DNA of 64,000 nt, from contig OZ245838.1 of the NCBI GenBank assembly GCA_965228735.1, forward strand, positions 1,696,001-1,760,000, written 5' to 3'. Each line of letters starts with the position of its first letter. Positions within the stretch are counted from its first letter, which is position 1. Made by a program: the position numbers and the translations under genes. A model generated the notes under the pieces. That model saw nothing but the letters and a program-made list of their open reading frames with translations, was not told the origin of the DNA and made no database searches. The DNA is from Planctomycetota bacterium. GTDB taxonomy: Bacteria; Planctomycetota; UBA1135; UBA2386. Below are positions 1 to 10,364 of this stretch, piece by piece.

Positions 1-855
1 GACATGGACGTGCTGAACGCGGACGGGATCGAGATCACGAGCCTCGACGTCCACAGCAGCGCCAACGTGGGCACGGCGTTCGCCGTCGACCTCTATCTCA
101 CGAGCGGGACCTACGCCGGCAACGCGCAGACGGGGTTCCGCTGGACGTGGCTCTCTACGTTCACCGGCACGAGCGCCGGTCTCGGGACGCCATCGCGCGC
201 GACGCCGCCGGCATCGATCTACGTCGCCGAGGGCGACTACGGGGTCGCGCTGCACTATCGGGGCACACCCTTCGAATACACGAACGGCAACGGCAGCAAC
301 CAGAACTACGCCAACGCGGACCTCGCGCTCGCCCTCGGGATCACGCGCGGCACGACGCTCGGCGCGCCGTTCGGTCCAGGCGCCGCGTTCAGCCCGCGCG
401 TCTGGAACGGCGCGATCTGCTACGACAAGTGCTCGTTCAGCGGCACCGCGGGTTTCGGCTTTGCTGGCGCAGGCTGTCCCGGCACGCTCGGCGTTCCGCG
501 GCTCACGGCGACGAGCAACCCGATCGTCGGCTCGACGCTCGACCTCACCGTCGACCGACTGCCGCAGAACGTCGCGCTCATGATCCTCGGGCTCGACAAC
601 GACACGTGGGCCGGCGGCGCGCTGCCCGTCGAGGGCACGCCGATCGGCGCCCCCGGCTGCTGGCTGCGCGTGAGCGACGACGTGACGCAGCTGCTGTTCG
701 GCAGCGGGAACGCCGCGAGCTGGTCGCTGCCGATTCCGAACACGCCGGCGCTCGTGTGCTTCACGTTCTTCCAGCAGGCCATCGTGCTCGATTCGGCGGC
801 GAACCCCGCGGGCACCGTCAACTCGAACTCGGCGGCCGCGACGGTCGGCAACTGA
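1..855 (+). CDS. Secreted protein, 5'-partial, with a C-terminal beta-rich domain (GxGCPG...PIPNxxxL...FQQA) shared with other proteins in this window
   Basis: Frame is open from the window start, stop at 853-855; Gly/Thr/Asn-rich extracellular composition. Confidence 0.75.
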   Translation, partial: DMDVLNADGIEITSLDVHSSANVGTAFAVDLYLTSGTYAGNAQTGFRWTWLSTFTGTSAGLGTPSRATPPASIYVAEGDYGVALHYRGTPFEYTNGNGSNQNYANADLALALGITRGTTLGAPFGPGAAFSPRVWNGAICYDKCSFSGTAGFGFAGAGCPGTLGVPRLTATSNPIVGSTLDLTVDRLPQNVALMILGLDNDTWAGGALPVEGTPIGAPGCWLRVSDDVTQLLFGSGNAASWSLPIPNTPALVCFTFFQQAIVLDSAANPAGTVNSNSAAATVGN

Positions 856-864
856 ACGCCGACC

Positions 865-1845
865 TCAGCGTCGGCGAGAACGCGCGAGGTGGCGGCGGAC
901 GCCCTCGTCGAGCGCAGCACCGATCAGGATCACGCCGCCGACGATCGCGAACTCGAGCTGGTTGCTATCGGCGACGAGGTTGATCGCGTTCGACAGCAGC
1001 TGCATGAGCGAGGCGCCGAGCACGATGCCGAGCACCTGCCCCTCGCCGCCCCGCAGCGCCGTGCCGCCGAGGACCGCCCCGGCGATCGCGTAGAGCTCGT
1101 AGAAGTTGCCGAAGCTCGCTGCCTGGGCCGAGTTCACATCGAGCACGAACAGACAGCCGCCGAGGCCGGCCAGCAGGGAGCACGCGACGTATGCCAGCAT
1201 CGTGAGCCGTCCCGTGGGCACGCCCGCGAGCCGCGCGGCCTCGACGTTGTGACCGAGCGCGAACAGATGGCGGCCGGCGACCGTGCGATGCCAGATCACC
1301 GCGGTGACCGCGGCGGCGACCGCGAGCACGAGGAGCGGCACCGGGAGGCCGAACCCGGGCAACAGCGGGATGCGACCGGTCGCGAGCCAGCGCAGGCTCT
1401 CGCCCGTGTCGCCGAACCCCATCGTCTGATCCGCGGTGAAGTCGCGCATGATGCCGCGGTAGAGCAGCAGGCCGCAGAGCGTGACGACGAACGGCTGCAG
1501 GCGCAGCTTCACGACGCAGAACCCGTGGAACAGACCGATCCCGGCCGTGATCAGGAGCACGAGCCCGAGCCCGACCACGCCGGGCAACTGCAGGTCGCGC
1601 AGCGTCCACGGCAGCAGGCACCCCGCGACACAGACGACGGAGCCGATCGACAGGTCGATGCCGCCCGTCACGATGACGAACGCGGCGGCCAGGCTCAGCA
1701 CGCCGAACATGCCGACGCGCGAAGCCAGGTTCTCGAGGTTGTAGCCCGACAGGAACGACGAGTGCCCATCGGAATCGATCGTCAGCAACCACGTCGCGAA
1801 CGCGATCGCGAAGATGAGCACCGCGAGTCCGAGGATCTTCTTCAT
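865..1845 (-). CDS. Sugar ABC transporter permease (RbsC/BPD_transp_2 family)
   Basis: GGIDLSIGS, GRHLFALGHNVEAARLAG and YELYAIAGAVLGGTALRGGEG motifs; multiple TM segments. Confidence 0.95.
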   Translation of the reverse strand: MKKILGLAVLIFAIAFATWLLTIDSDGHSSFLSGYNLENLASRVGMFGVLSLAAAFVIVTGGIDLSIGSVVCVAGCLLPWTLRDLQLPGVVGLGLVLLITAGIGLFHGFCVVKLRLQPFVVTLCGLLLYRGIMRDFTADQTMGFGDTGESLRWLATGRIPLLPGFGLPVPLLVLAVAAAVTAVIWHRTVAGRHLFALGHNVEAARLAGVPTGRLTMLAYVACSLLAGLGGCLFVLDVNSAQAASFGNFYELYAIAGAVLGGTALRGGEGQVLGIVLGASLMQLLSNAINLVADSNQLEFAIVGGVILIGAALDEGVRRHLARSRRR

Positions 1846-3380
1846 GCCGTCGCCGCTCCGCCGCCGACCGCGAGTCGCATGACCGCTTCCTCCGTGAGTT
1901 CGCCCTGCGCGAGTTCGCCGCTGATCGCGCCCTCGTGCATGACGAGGACCCGATCCGCGAGCGTCAGCACCTCTTCCATCTCCGAGCTCACGAACAGCAC
2001 CGCGAGACCCGAATCAGCGAGATCCCGACCGGCGAGGTCGTGCAGCCGGGCGTGGATCTCGGCGCGCGCGCCGATGTCGACGCCGCGGGTCGGCTCGTCG
2101 AGCAGGACGACGCGCGGCTTGGCGGCGAGCCACTTGCCGAGCACGACCTTCTGTTGGTTGCCGCCGGACAGCGTACCGGCGACCTGCGCACCGCCCGCGG
2201 TCGCGATGCCGAGATCGGCGATCGCGCCGGCAGTGAGCTCGCGTTCGTAGCGCCGATCGAGCCACGCGCCGCGGCCCCCGAGCGTCGGCAGCGACAGGTT
2301 GTGCATGACCGTCATCTCCAGCACGAGCCCCTGCGACTTGCGGTCCTCGGGCGCGAGCACGAGCCCCGCTGCGATCGCCGCCGCGGGCGTATGGCCCGGC
2401 GCGAGGCGAACGCCAGCGACCTCGATCTCACCGGCGAGCGCGCGATCGGCCCCGAACACCGCCCGCAACACCTCGCTCCGACCCGCGCCGAGCAGCCCGG
2501 CGATGCCGACGATCTCACCGCGCCTGAGCTCGAAGTCGACCGCGACGTCCGGATACGCAGCGGTCACGAGCCCGCGGACGGACAACGCGACCTCGCCGCT
2601 CTGGTGCGGCACACGATCGGTCCGCGCGACGTCGCGCCCGACCATCATCGCGACCATGCGATCGTGCGTCGCCTCGGTGCCGTCGCACGCGCCGCTGTTC
2701 TGCCCGTCCCGCAGCGCGACGACCCGGTCGGCGATCCGCTCGACCTCGCCGAGCCGATGGCTGATGTAGATGATCGCGACGCCGGCGCTCCGCAGCTCGT
2801 CGACGACCTCGAGCAACCGCTCCGTCTCCACCTGGGTGAGGCTCGACGTCGGCTCGTCCATGATGAGCACGCGCGCCTGCGCGCGCAGCGCTCGCGCGAT
2901 CTCGAGCAACTGCTGCTGACCGGGCGCCAGGGTCGCGACGAGTCGGTCCGGCTCGACGTCGAGACCGAGGCGCGCGAGCACGGTGCGGGCGCGCGCTGCC
3001 ATCTCGCGTTCGCGCAGGAAGGGGCCGCGCCGCAGCTCGTCACCGAGGAACAACGCGCCGGCGACCGTCAGGTTCTCGCACAGGCAGAGCTCCTGGTGGA
3101 TCAACGCGATGCCGCGACCGAGCGCGTCGGCCGGACCGTCGAACGTGACGGGCGCGCCATCGACGCGCACCTCGCCCGCGTCCGGCAGGTGCACCCCGGC
3201 GAGCACCTTCATCAGTGTGCTCTTGCCGGCTCCGTTCTCGCCGATCAGGGCGACGACCTCGCCACCGTGCAGCTGCAGGTCGACGTCCTGCAGCGCGACG
3301 ACGCCGGGGAACGACTTGCCGATCCCCCGCACCTCCAGAACGGGGGCTGCTCCGGGGTCCGCACCGGCCGGGCGACTCAC
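1842..3380 (-). CDS. Sugar ABC transporter ATP-binding protein (RbsA-like, tandem NBD)
   Basis: GENGAGKST Walker A, LIMDEPT, LSGGNQQKV, LLDEPTRGVD. Confidence 0.97.
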   Translation of the reverse strand: MSRPAGADPGAAPVLEVRGIGKSFPGVVALQDVDLQLHGGEVVALIGENGAGKSTLMKVLAGVHLPDAGEVRVDGAPVTFDGPADALGRGIALIHQELCLCENLTVAGALFLGDELRRGPFLREREMAARARTVLARLGLDVEPDRLVATLAPGQQQLLEIARALRAQARVLIMDEPTSSLTQVETERLLEVVDELRSAGVAIIYISHRLGEVERIADRVVALRDGQNSGACDGTEATHDRMVAMMVGRDVARTDRVPHQSGEVALSVRGLVTAAYPDVAVDFELRRGEIVGIAGLLGAGRSEVLRAVFGADRALAGEIEVAGVRLAPGHTPAAAIAAGLVLAPEDRKSQGLVLEMTVMHNLSLPTLGGRGAWLDRRYERELTAGAIADLGIATAGGAQVAGTLSGGNQQKVVLGKWLAAKPRVVLLDEPTRGVDIGARAEIHARLHDLAGRDLADSGLAVLFVSSEMEEVLTLADRVLVMHEGAISGELAQGELTEEAVMRLAVGGGAATA

Positions 3381-4456
3381 TGCTTGCCGGTCTTCTGCTT
3401 GAGGTCGTCCCAGAACTCGCGCACGTTCACTGCTGTGATCTTGCGCGCCGGAATGTCCTGGAAGCCGCCCTCGGGCAGCAGCGCCTGCCGCGCCGCCTCG
3501 TCCTTGGCGCGCACGAGGTCCGCGAGCAGTTTCACCGACTGGCGGCCGTACTCGTACGGGTTCTGCACGATCGTGCCCTCGATGTGCCCGTCGACGATGC
3601 CCTGCAGGGTCGCGTCGTTCTCGTCGAAGCCGACGATCTTGACCTCACCGAGCCGGTTCGCGGACTTCACCGCTTCGAAGATCGCCGGCGGTTCGTACTC
3701 GAACAGACCGACGAAGCAGTTCACGTCGGGCCAGCGCACGAGCGAGTCCTGCGTGCTCGCCTTGCACTTCTGCGGCTGACTCTCCGTCGTGAACGTCGCC
3801 CGGATCTCGTACTTGTCGTTGGCGAGCTTGGCGTTCTGCGGGTCGAAGCGCGTCGGGTCGTGCGGTCGATCGAGCAGCTCGTCGATGAGGCCCTGACGTC
3901 GACCCTTCGCGTTGTCCTGATCGAGCGTGCCGACCATGATCACGATCCTGCCGCCGCCCGGCAGCGCCTGCTTGACGAGCTGACCGCACATGCGACCGGC
4001 GTCGTAGTTGGCCATGCCGACGTACGCGAGCCGCTGGCTCGCCGGCGCATCCGAGTCGTGCGTGATCAGCAGCGTGCGGGCCGCGATCTTGTCGAGCAGT
4101 CCCGTCATGTTGGCCGCGTCGCGCGGGCTCACGGCGATGCCGTCGACGCCCTTCGCGACGAGGTCCTCGAGGATGCGCTTCTGCTGTTCGACCTGGCCGC
4201 CCGCCGGCACGTGGAACGTCGTCGCGACGTCGCACTCCGCGGCGGCCGCCTTGACGCCGTGCTCGGCGATCGTCCAGAACTCGGCCGGCATGTTGACGAC
4301 GAACGCGAGCCGCGGCTTGCCGGCCGCACCACCGCCGCCGCTCTCCGAGCCGTCACCACCACAGCCCGGCAGCAAGAGCAGCAGGGTCACGACCAACAAC
4401 GGACCGAACAACGATCGCCGCGCGCTGGCGCGATCCCGATTCCCGGATCCTGCCAT
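3377..4456 (-). CDS. Sugar ABC transporter substrate-binding lipoprotein
   Basis: ATG at 4456 overlaps the upstream stop; lipobox LLLPGC; Peripla_BP-like motifs (GVDGIAVSP, THDSDAP, IVGFDE, VQNPYEYG). Confidence 0.92.
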   Translation of the reverse strand: MAGSGNRDRASARRSLFGPLLVVTLLLLLPGCGGDGSESGGGGAAGKPRLAFVVNMPAEFWTIAEHGVKAAAAECDVATTFHVPAGGQVEQQKRILEDLVAKGVDGIAVSPRDAANMTGLLDKIAARTLLITHDSDAPASQRLAYVGMANYDAGRMCGQLVKQALPGGGRIVIMVGTLDQDNAKGRRQGLIDELLDRPHDPTRFDPQNAKLANDKYEIRATFTTESQPQKCKASTQDSLVRWPDVNCFVGLFEYEPPAIFEAVKSANRLGEVKIVGFDENDATLQGIVDGHIEGTIVQNPYEYGRQSVKLLADLVRAKDEAARQALLPEGGFQDIPARKITAVNVREFWDDLKQKTGKQ

Positions 4457-5316
4457 CACGTCACCGTCATCCCGCCGTTCACGGCGATGTCCTGTCCCGT
4501 CACGAACGCGCCGGCCTCGCTGCCGAGCCACACGACCGCCCCGCCGAGGTCGGCGGGCACGCCCCAACGCTGCAGCGGGATCAGCGCCTTGTACTCGTTC
4601 TTCATCGCGATCGGATCCTTGTCGTGGCGTTCGACCGGAATCCAGCCCGGCGAGATGATGTTCACCGTGATCTGCCACGGCGCGAGCTCGTTGGCCATGC
4701 TGCGCGTCCAGCCGGCCTGCGCGCCCTTGGCCGCGACGTAGGCCGAGAAGTTCGGCACCCCGCGGCGGAACACCTCGCTGCCGATGTTGATGATGCGCCC
4801 GAAGCGCCGCCGCTTCATGCCGGGCATCACCGCGCGCGTGAGCAGGTAGGGCGACTTCACGAAGAAGTCGAGCATGCTCTGGTAGAAGTCCCAGTCGTAG
4901 CGATCGATCGGCTTCTGCGGCTGATCGGGCGTCGCGTTGAGCACGAGGATGTCGATCTTGCCGAGCTTCTTCTCGACGCTCGCGACGAGGCGTTCGACCT
5001 GTCGCGGGCTCGTAACATCGGCGCGGAACATGTCGCCCTCGAAGCCGCGCGCACGGAAGTCCGCGAGCGCGTCCTCCGCCGTCGCCTTGCTGTTGGCGTA
5101 GTTCATCGCGACCTGCGCACCGGCCTCGCCGAGCGCGAGCGCCATCGCGCGCCCGAGCCCCTTGCTGCTGCCCGTGACGAGCGCGGTGCGGCCGGCGAGC
5201 GAGAACGAACGCGGCTCGCAGTCGAGCGCCGTTTTCGACCGCGTCTTGGACGGGGCCTTGCGACCGGCGGCGCGGCGCGCGGGAGACTTCTTCTTCTTGC
5301 TGTTCGAGCGAGTCAT
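4456..5316 (-). CDS. SDR family NAD(P)-dependent oxidoreductase (FabG-like)
   Basis: TGSSKGLG, YVAAK catalytic YxxxK, VNIISPGWI; start chosen at MTRSNSKKKK. Confidence 0.93.
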   Translation of the reverse strand: MTRSNSKKKKSPARRAAGRKAPSKTRSKTALDCEPRSFSLAGRTALVTGSSKGLGRAMALALGEAGAQVAMNYANSKATAEDALADFRARGFEGDMFRADVTSPRQVERLVASVEKKLGKIDILVLNATPDQPQKPIDRYDWDFYQSMLDFFVKSPYLLTRAVMPGMKRRRFGRIINIGSEVFRRGVPNFSAYVAAKGAQAGWTRSMANELAPWQITVNIISPGWIPVERHDKDPIAMKNEYKALIPLQRWGVPADLGGAVVWLGSEAGAFVTGQDIAVNGGMTVT

Positions 5317-5384
5317 GCGATCCGCGGAAGCTACCCGGTTGCCGCGTCCTGGGCGAACATCTACAACGTCCCGTCGTCGCAACC

Positions 5385-8027
5385 ATGCTCCCCCTGCGCC
5401 ACGTAGTCGTGATTCTCGCCGCCGCCGCGCTGGTGGCCGGCCGCGCCGCGCCGGCGCAGGAGTTCGACCTCGAGGCCCGGCGCGCCGAGCACTGGGCGTG
5501 GCGCGCCCTGGCCACCCCGACGCCGCCCGGCGATGTCGGAACGGACCCGGCGGCGGTGATCGACGCGTTCGTCCGCGATCGCCTCCAGCAGGAGGGTCTG
5601 ACCCCCTCGCCGGCCGCCGCACCGCACACCGCGTTGCGCCGGCTGTGGCTCGACCTGATCGGCCTGCCGCCGGATCCCGAGACCGTCGCCGCGTTCCTCG
5701 CCGACCCGAGCGACGCCGCGTGGGATGCGCAGGTCGATGCACTGCTCGCCTCGCCGCACTTCGGCGAACGCTGGGGCCGCCACTGGCTCGACCTCGTGCG
5801 CTACGCCGAGACGCTCGGGCACGAGTACGACTTCCCGATCGCGAACGCGTGGCGCTACCGCGACTACGTGATCCGCGCGCTCAACGCGGACGTCCCGTAC
5901 GACGACTTCTTGCGTGAGCACGTCGCCGGCGACCTGCTCGCGCATCCGCGCCGCAACGCGAACGGTGAGAACGAGAGCGTGCAGGCGACCGCCGCGTGGT
6001 GGTTCGTCGAGCAGACGCACTCGCCGGTCGACGCGGCGAAGCACACGGCCGATCGCATCGACAATCAGATCGACGTGCTCGGCAAGGCGATGCTCGGCAT
6101 GACGGTCGCGTGCGCACGCTGCCACGACCACAAGTTCGACGCGATCTCGCAGGCCGACTACTACGCGCTGTTCGGCTTCGTGAAGAGCTCGCGCCACGTG
6201 CAGGCGCCGATCGCGCCGGCGGACCGTCACGGCGCTGCGTTCGACGACGTGCGCCGCGCGCAGCGCGATCTCGCCGCCACCTGGGCCGACGCCGCGGCGC
6301 CGGTCGGAGCGCGTTGGGACACCCTCGCACGCACCGAGCCCGACCGCTGGGCCGCGGCGAGCGGCACGGCGGCCCTGCGCGCGGGCGATCGGCTGATCGC
6401 GTCCGCCGACGATCCCGAAGGCGCGTGGCTCTGCACCAACGATGCGTTCGGCCCGGCCCCGTGGCGCGGCCCCTGGTGCCCCGAGCCGGCCAGCGACACG
6501 GCCGAACTGCACCTGCTGCCCGGCGCGTTCTGGCACAGCGGCATCGCGGGCAAGCGGCGCGAGGGCACGCTGCAGACCGCGACGTTCACGCTCGCGGAGC
6601 CGTACCTGCACGTGCGCGTCGCCGGCGAGTCGAGCCGCGTGCTCGTGATCGTCGACGGCTTCCACGTCGTCCGCAATCCGATCTACGGCGGGCTGAGTAA
6701 GCGGGTCGGCAGCGCCGACGCGCACTGGCTCACGTTCCACGTCGACGCCTGGGAAGGGCGCCCGGCCTACGTGCAGTTCATCGACCAGGTCGCGCACGAC
6801 CTCGGCGACGCCCACCATGGCCGCGAGATCAACTGGCCCGACGACGGCTGGCTCGCGGTGCAGTCGGTCATCGCGTCGACCGATCGCAGTCCGCCGGAGA
6901 CCGCCGACGGACTCGCACTGCCCTACCGGCCGTGGGAACACGAGCCCGCCGCCGTGACGGCGGCCCGCGCGGCGCTGGCTGCCGCGCAGGCGGCCCTGCC
7001 CGCCCCGTCCGCGACCCTGCCCGCTCTGTCGGACGGCACGGGCGTGGACGAACACCTGTTCATCCGCGGCGACCACAAGACGCCCGGCGAACTGCAGCCG
7101 CGCCGCTTCCTGACCGCGCTCGCCGGCGACGAGGCCATGCCGATCCGAGCCGGCAGCGGGCGCCTGCAGCTCGCGGACGCGATCCTCGCGCCGGACAACC
7201 CGCTGCCGCAGCGCACGCTCGTGAACCGGTTGTGGCACCACCTGTTCGGCCGCGGCCTGTCGCGCAGCGTCGACAACCTCGGCGTGCTCGGCGACCCGCC
7301 GACGCATCCGGAACTGCTCGACTGGCTGGCGCACGACTTCGTGCAGCACGGCTGGTCCATCAAGCACACGCTGCGCGGGATCGTCCGGTCGCGCACCTAC
7401 CGCCAGAGCAGTCGCACGACCGTGCGCGGCCAGAGCAAGGATCCTGCCAACCTGCTGCTGCACCGGCAGAACGTGCGCCGCCTCGAGGCCGAGGCCGTGC
7501 GCGACACGCTGCTTGCCGTGAGCGGCAGCCTCGATCCGCAGCTCTACGGCGCGAGCATCCCGATCCCGCACGAGGAGATCACCAACGCGCGCGGCAAGCC
7601 GCGCAAGTCGGGTCCGATCGACGGTCACGGCCGCCGCAGCATCTACCTCGCGATCCGGCGCAACTTCATGCCGCCGATGCTCGGCGCGTTCGACCTGCCG
7701 ACGCCGTTCGCGACCGTCGGCCGCCGGTCCGTGTCCAACGTGCCGGCCCAGGCGCTGACCCTGCTCAACGATCCGTTCGTGCACGAGATGTGCGGCCGTT
7801 GGGCCGAGCGTCTGCTCGCAGAGACCGCGACCGACCCGACCGAGCGCATCGCGGCGGCCTGGCAGGCCGCGTTCGGTCGTGCGCCCCGCGGCTCGGAGGT
7901 GGAGCACTGCGTCGACTTCCTGCGTTCGGCGGCCGCCGAGCACTCGGCGAACGTGGGCGACAGGCAGCCGTGGACCGACCTGCTGCACTGCCTGGTCAAC
8001 GCCAAGGAGTTCACGTACCGCCGATGA
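5385..8027 (+). CDS. DUF1549/DUF1553 (PSD1) planctomycete cytochrome-c-type domain protein
   Basis: HFGERWGRHWLDLVRYAET, CARCHDHKFD, PTHPELLDWLA, RRLEAEAVRD, QALTLLNDPFV. Confidence 0.95.
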   Translation: MLPLRHVVVILAAAALVAGRAAPAQEFDLEARRAEHWAWRALATPTPPGDVGTDPAAVIDAFVRDRLQQEGLTPSPAAAPHTALRRLWLDLIGLPPDPETVAAFLADPSDAAWDAQVDALLASPHFGERWGRHWLDLVRYAETLGHEYDFPIANAWRYRDYVIRALNADVPYDDFLREHVAGDLLAHPRRNANGENESVQATAAWWFVEQTHSPVDAAKHTADRIDNQIDVLGKAMLGMTVACARCHDHKFDAISQADYYALFGFVKSSRHVQAPIAPADRHGAAFDDVRRAQRDLAATWADAAAPVGARWDTLARTEPDRWAAASGTAALRAGDRLIASADDPEGAWLCTNDAFGPAPWRGPWCPEPASDTAELHLLPGAFWHSGIAGKRREGTLQTATFTLAEPYLHVRVAGESSRVLVIVDGFHVVRNPIYGGLSKRVGSADAHWLTFHVDAWEGRPAYVQFIDQVAHDLGDAHHGREINWPDDGWLAVQSVIASTDRSPPETADGLALPYRPWEHEPAAVTAARAALAAAQAALPAPSATLPALSDGTGVDEHLFIRGDHKTPGELQPRRFLTALAGDEAMPIRAGSGRLQLADAILAPDNPLPQRTLVNRLWHHLFGRGLSRSVDNLGVLGDPPTHPELLDWLAHDFVQHGWSIKHTLRGIVRSRTYRQSSRTTVRGQSKDPANLLLHRQNVRRLEAEAVRDTLLAVSGSLDPQLYGASIPIPHEEITNARGKPRKSGPIDGHGRRSIYLAIRRNFMPPMLGAFDLPTPFATVGRRSVSNVPAQALTLLNDPFVHEMCGRWAERLLAETATDPTERIAAAWQAAFGRAPRGSEVEHCVDFLRSAAAEHSANVGDRQPWTDLLHCLVNAKEFTYRR

Positions 8028-9472
8028 GCAGCCACCATGACCTCATCGCGGGCGGGATGTCGCGCCGCGCCATGCTGGCCCGCGCGGCGAACGGCTTCGC
8101 CATGCTGCCGCTCGCGAGCCTGCTCGACGCGAGCGCGCGGAGCGACCGCCGACCGATGACTCCCCGCGATCCGACCGATTTGGCCGATCCGACGGGGCGA
8201 CCGCACCACGCGCCGCGCGCCCGGTCCGTGATCTTCCTGTACATGGACGGCGGGCCGAGCACGGTCGACATGTTCGACTACAAGCCACGCCTCGCCGCCG
8301 AGGACGGTAAGCCATTCGCGCTGCCGATGGAGCCCACGCAGTTCCAGAACAACGGCAACACCTACGGACCGCGTTGGGACTTCCGCCAGCGCGGCGAGAG
8401 CGGCCAGTGGATCAGCGACGTGCTGCCCTACCTGAGCCAGCAGGCCGACAAGCTCTGCGTCGTGCGCTCGATGGTCGCGGACTTCTCCGAGCACACCAAC
8501 GCCAACTACTTCCTGCACACGGGCCACGGCCTGCAGGGTCGGCCGTCGATGGGCGCCTGGGTCGGCTACGGCCTCGGCAGCGACAACGACAACCTGCCGT
8601 CGTTCGTCGTGCTCAACGGCGGGCTCGTGCCGCCGGGCGGTCAGGACTGCTTCCACTCGGGCTTCCTGCCGCCGGCGACCCAGGGCTCGCTGTTCCGGAT
8701 GAAGGGGCAGCCGCTCGCCAACATCCGCTCGCGCGAGCCGAGCACGGCGTTGCAGCGGCGGAAGGTCGACCTCGTGCAGGCGCTCGACCGCGAGGCGCTG
8801 ACCGCGGACGGCAGCTGCGACGCGCTCGAGGCCGCGATCCGCAACCACGAGCTCGCGTTCGCCATGCAGCGCGAGGTGCCCGAGCTCGTCGACATCGAGG
8901 GCGAGAGCCCCGCCGTGCGCGCGATGTACGGGCTCGACGACGAGTACGAACACACCCGCACCTACGGCCGCCAATGCCTGCTCGCGCGGCGCCTCGTCGA
9001 ACGCGGCGTGCGCTTCATCGAGCTGACGTGCCCCAACACCGGGCATGACCGCTGGGACCAGCACAACAACCTCGAACGCGGGCTGCAGGACAACTGCCGC
9101 GCCGTCGACCGCCCGGTCGCCGCGCTGCTCAGCGACCTCGAGGCCCGCGGCCTGCTCGACGAGACGATCGTGCTGTTCGGCGGCGAGTTCGGCCGCACGC
9201 CGTTCGCCCAGGGCTCGCGCGGCCGCGACCACAACCCGTTCGGCTACACGATGTGGCTCGCGGGCGGCGGCTTCCGCCCCGGCACGTCCCACGGCGCGAC
9301 CGACGAGTACGGCTACAAAGCCGTCGAGAACCCGGTCACCGTGCACGACCTGCACGCGACGATCCTGCACCAGCTCGGCATCGACCACGAGCGGTTGACG
9401 TATCGCTTCGGCGGCCGCGATCTGCGGCTCACCGACGTCTACGGCAACGTGCTGCGGCCGCTGCTGGCATAG
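8024..9472 (+). CDS. DUF1501 domain protein (sulfatase-like, Tat-type signal)
   Basis: SRRAML, VIFLYMDGGPS, LLARRLVERGVRF, GEFGRTP, GRDHNP; ATGA overlap with the DUF1553 gene. Confidence 0.95.
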   Translation: MSSHHDLIAGGMSRRAMLARAANGFAMLPLASLLDASARSDRRPMTPRDPTDLADPTGRPHHAPRARSVIFLYMDGGPSTVDMFDYKPRLAAEDGKPFALPMEPTQFQNNGNTYGPRWDFRQRGESGQWISDVLPYLSQQADKLCVVRSMVADFSEHTNANYFLHTGHGLQGRPSMGAWVGYGLGSDNDNLPSFVVLNGGLVPPGGQDCFHSGFLPPATQGSLFRMKGQPLANIRSREPSTALQRRKVDLVQALDREALTADGSCDALEAAIRNHELAFAMQREVPELVDIEGESPAVRAMYGLDDEYEHTRTYGRQCLLARRLVERGVRFIELTCPNTGHDRWDQHNNLERGLQDNCRAVDRPVAALLSDLEARGLLDETIVLFGGEFGRTPFAQGSRGRDHNPFGYTMWLAGGGFRPGTSHGATDEYGYKAVENPVTVHDLHATILHQLGIDHERLTYRFGGRDLRLTDVYGNVLRPLLA

Positions 9473-9499
9473 CACGGCGCGAGTCGACCGCGCAGCTGC

Positions 9500-10198
9500 T
9501 CAGTCGTCGCTGCTCGCGCCGAGGATCTGGAACACGAAGTAGAGCAGCGTCAACAAGGACGACGCCGCCGCCGCAACGTAGGTCATCGCCGCGGCATCGA
9601 GCACCTGCTTCGCGCCGTCCAGTTCGTCCGTCGCCAGGATCCCGCCGCGATCCAAGGTCGCCAGCGCGCGCTTGCTCGCGTCGAACTCGACGGGCAGCGT
9701 CACGAGCGTGAACACGGTGGTGCCCGCGAACAGCAGGACCCCGATCCACGCGAGCATCGGCATCCCCATGTACGCGAGCGGCAGGCCGACTATCGCGAGC
9801 AGCACACCCAGGTTGGACCCGAGCCCGGCGATCGGCACCCACGCCGACCGGAACTGCAGCGGCCCGTAGCGCTGGGCGTGCTGGATCGCGTGCCCGACCT
9901 CGTGGGCCGCCACGCCGACCGCTGCGATGCTCGTCTGGTGGTAGACCGGCTCCGAGAGCCGCAGCGTCTTGGTCGACGGGTCGTAGTGATCGGTCAGGTC
10001 GCCCGCGACCGGTTCGACGGTCACGTCATGGATCCCGTGCGCGTGCAGGATCGCATTCGCGACCTGCGCGCCGGACACGCGCGAGCGCGCGCCGACCTGC
10101 GACCACTTGCGAAACGCTGACTTGACGCGACTGCTGGCCCACAGGCTCAGCAGCACGCCGATCCCACCGATCAACCAGTATCCGAGTGGTAGAAACAC
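9500..10198 (-). CDS. Putative neutral zinc metallopeptidase (Zn_peptidase_2/YugP family)
   Basis: LTDHYDP, AAHEVGHAIQH (HExxH), TLPVEFDASKRA, AAMTYVA; GTG start inferred. Confidence 0.93.
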   Translation of the reverse strand: MFLPLGYWLIGGIGVLLSLWASSRVKSAFRKWSQVGARSRVSGAQVANAILHAHGIHDVTVEPVAGDLTDHYDPSTKTLRLSEPVYHQTSIAAVGVAAHEVGHAIQHAQRYGPLQFRSAWVPIAGLGSNLGVLLAIVGLPLAYMGMPMLAWIGVLLFAGTTVFTLVTLPVEFDASKRALATLDRGGILATDELDGAKQVLDAAAMTYVAAAASSLLTLLYFVFQILGASSDD

Positions 10199-10364
10199 AA
10201 CCGTGAAATAGAACACCCGGGCCGGGACACAAGCGCGGCACCGACCGGCGGGCCGCACCGGGCCCGAGGGTGCCGAGGAGTTCTGCCGGACCCGCGTTTT
10301 TCCGACGCCATCGCGTCGCCACCCCTGGTCCGACCCGCTCCGTTGACGGACAATCCCGGTCCCC

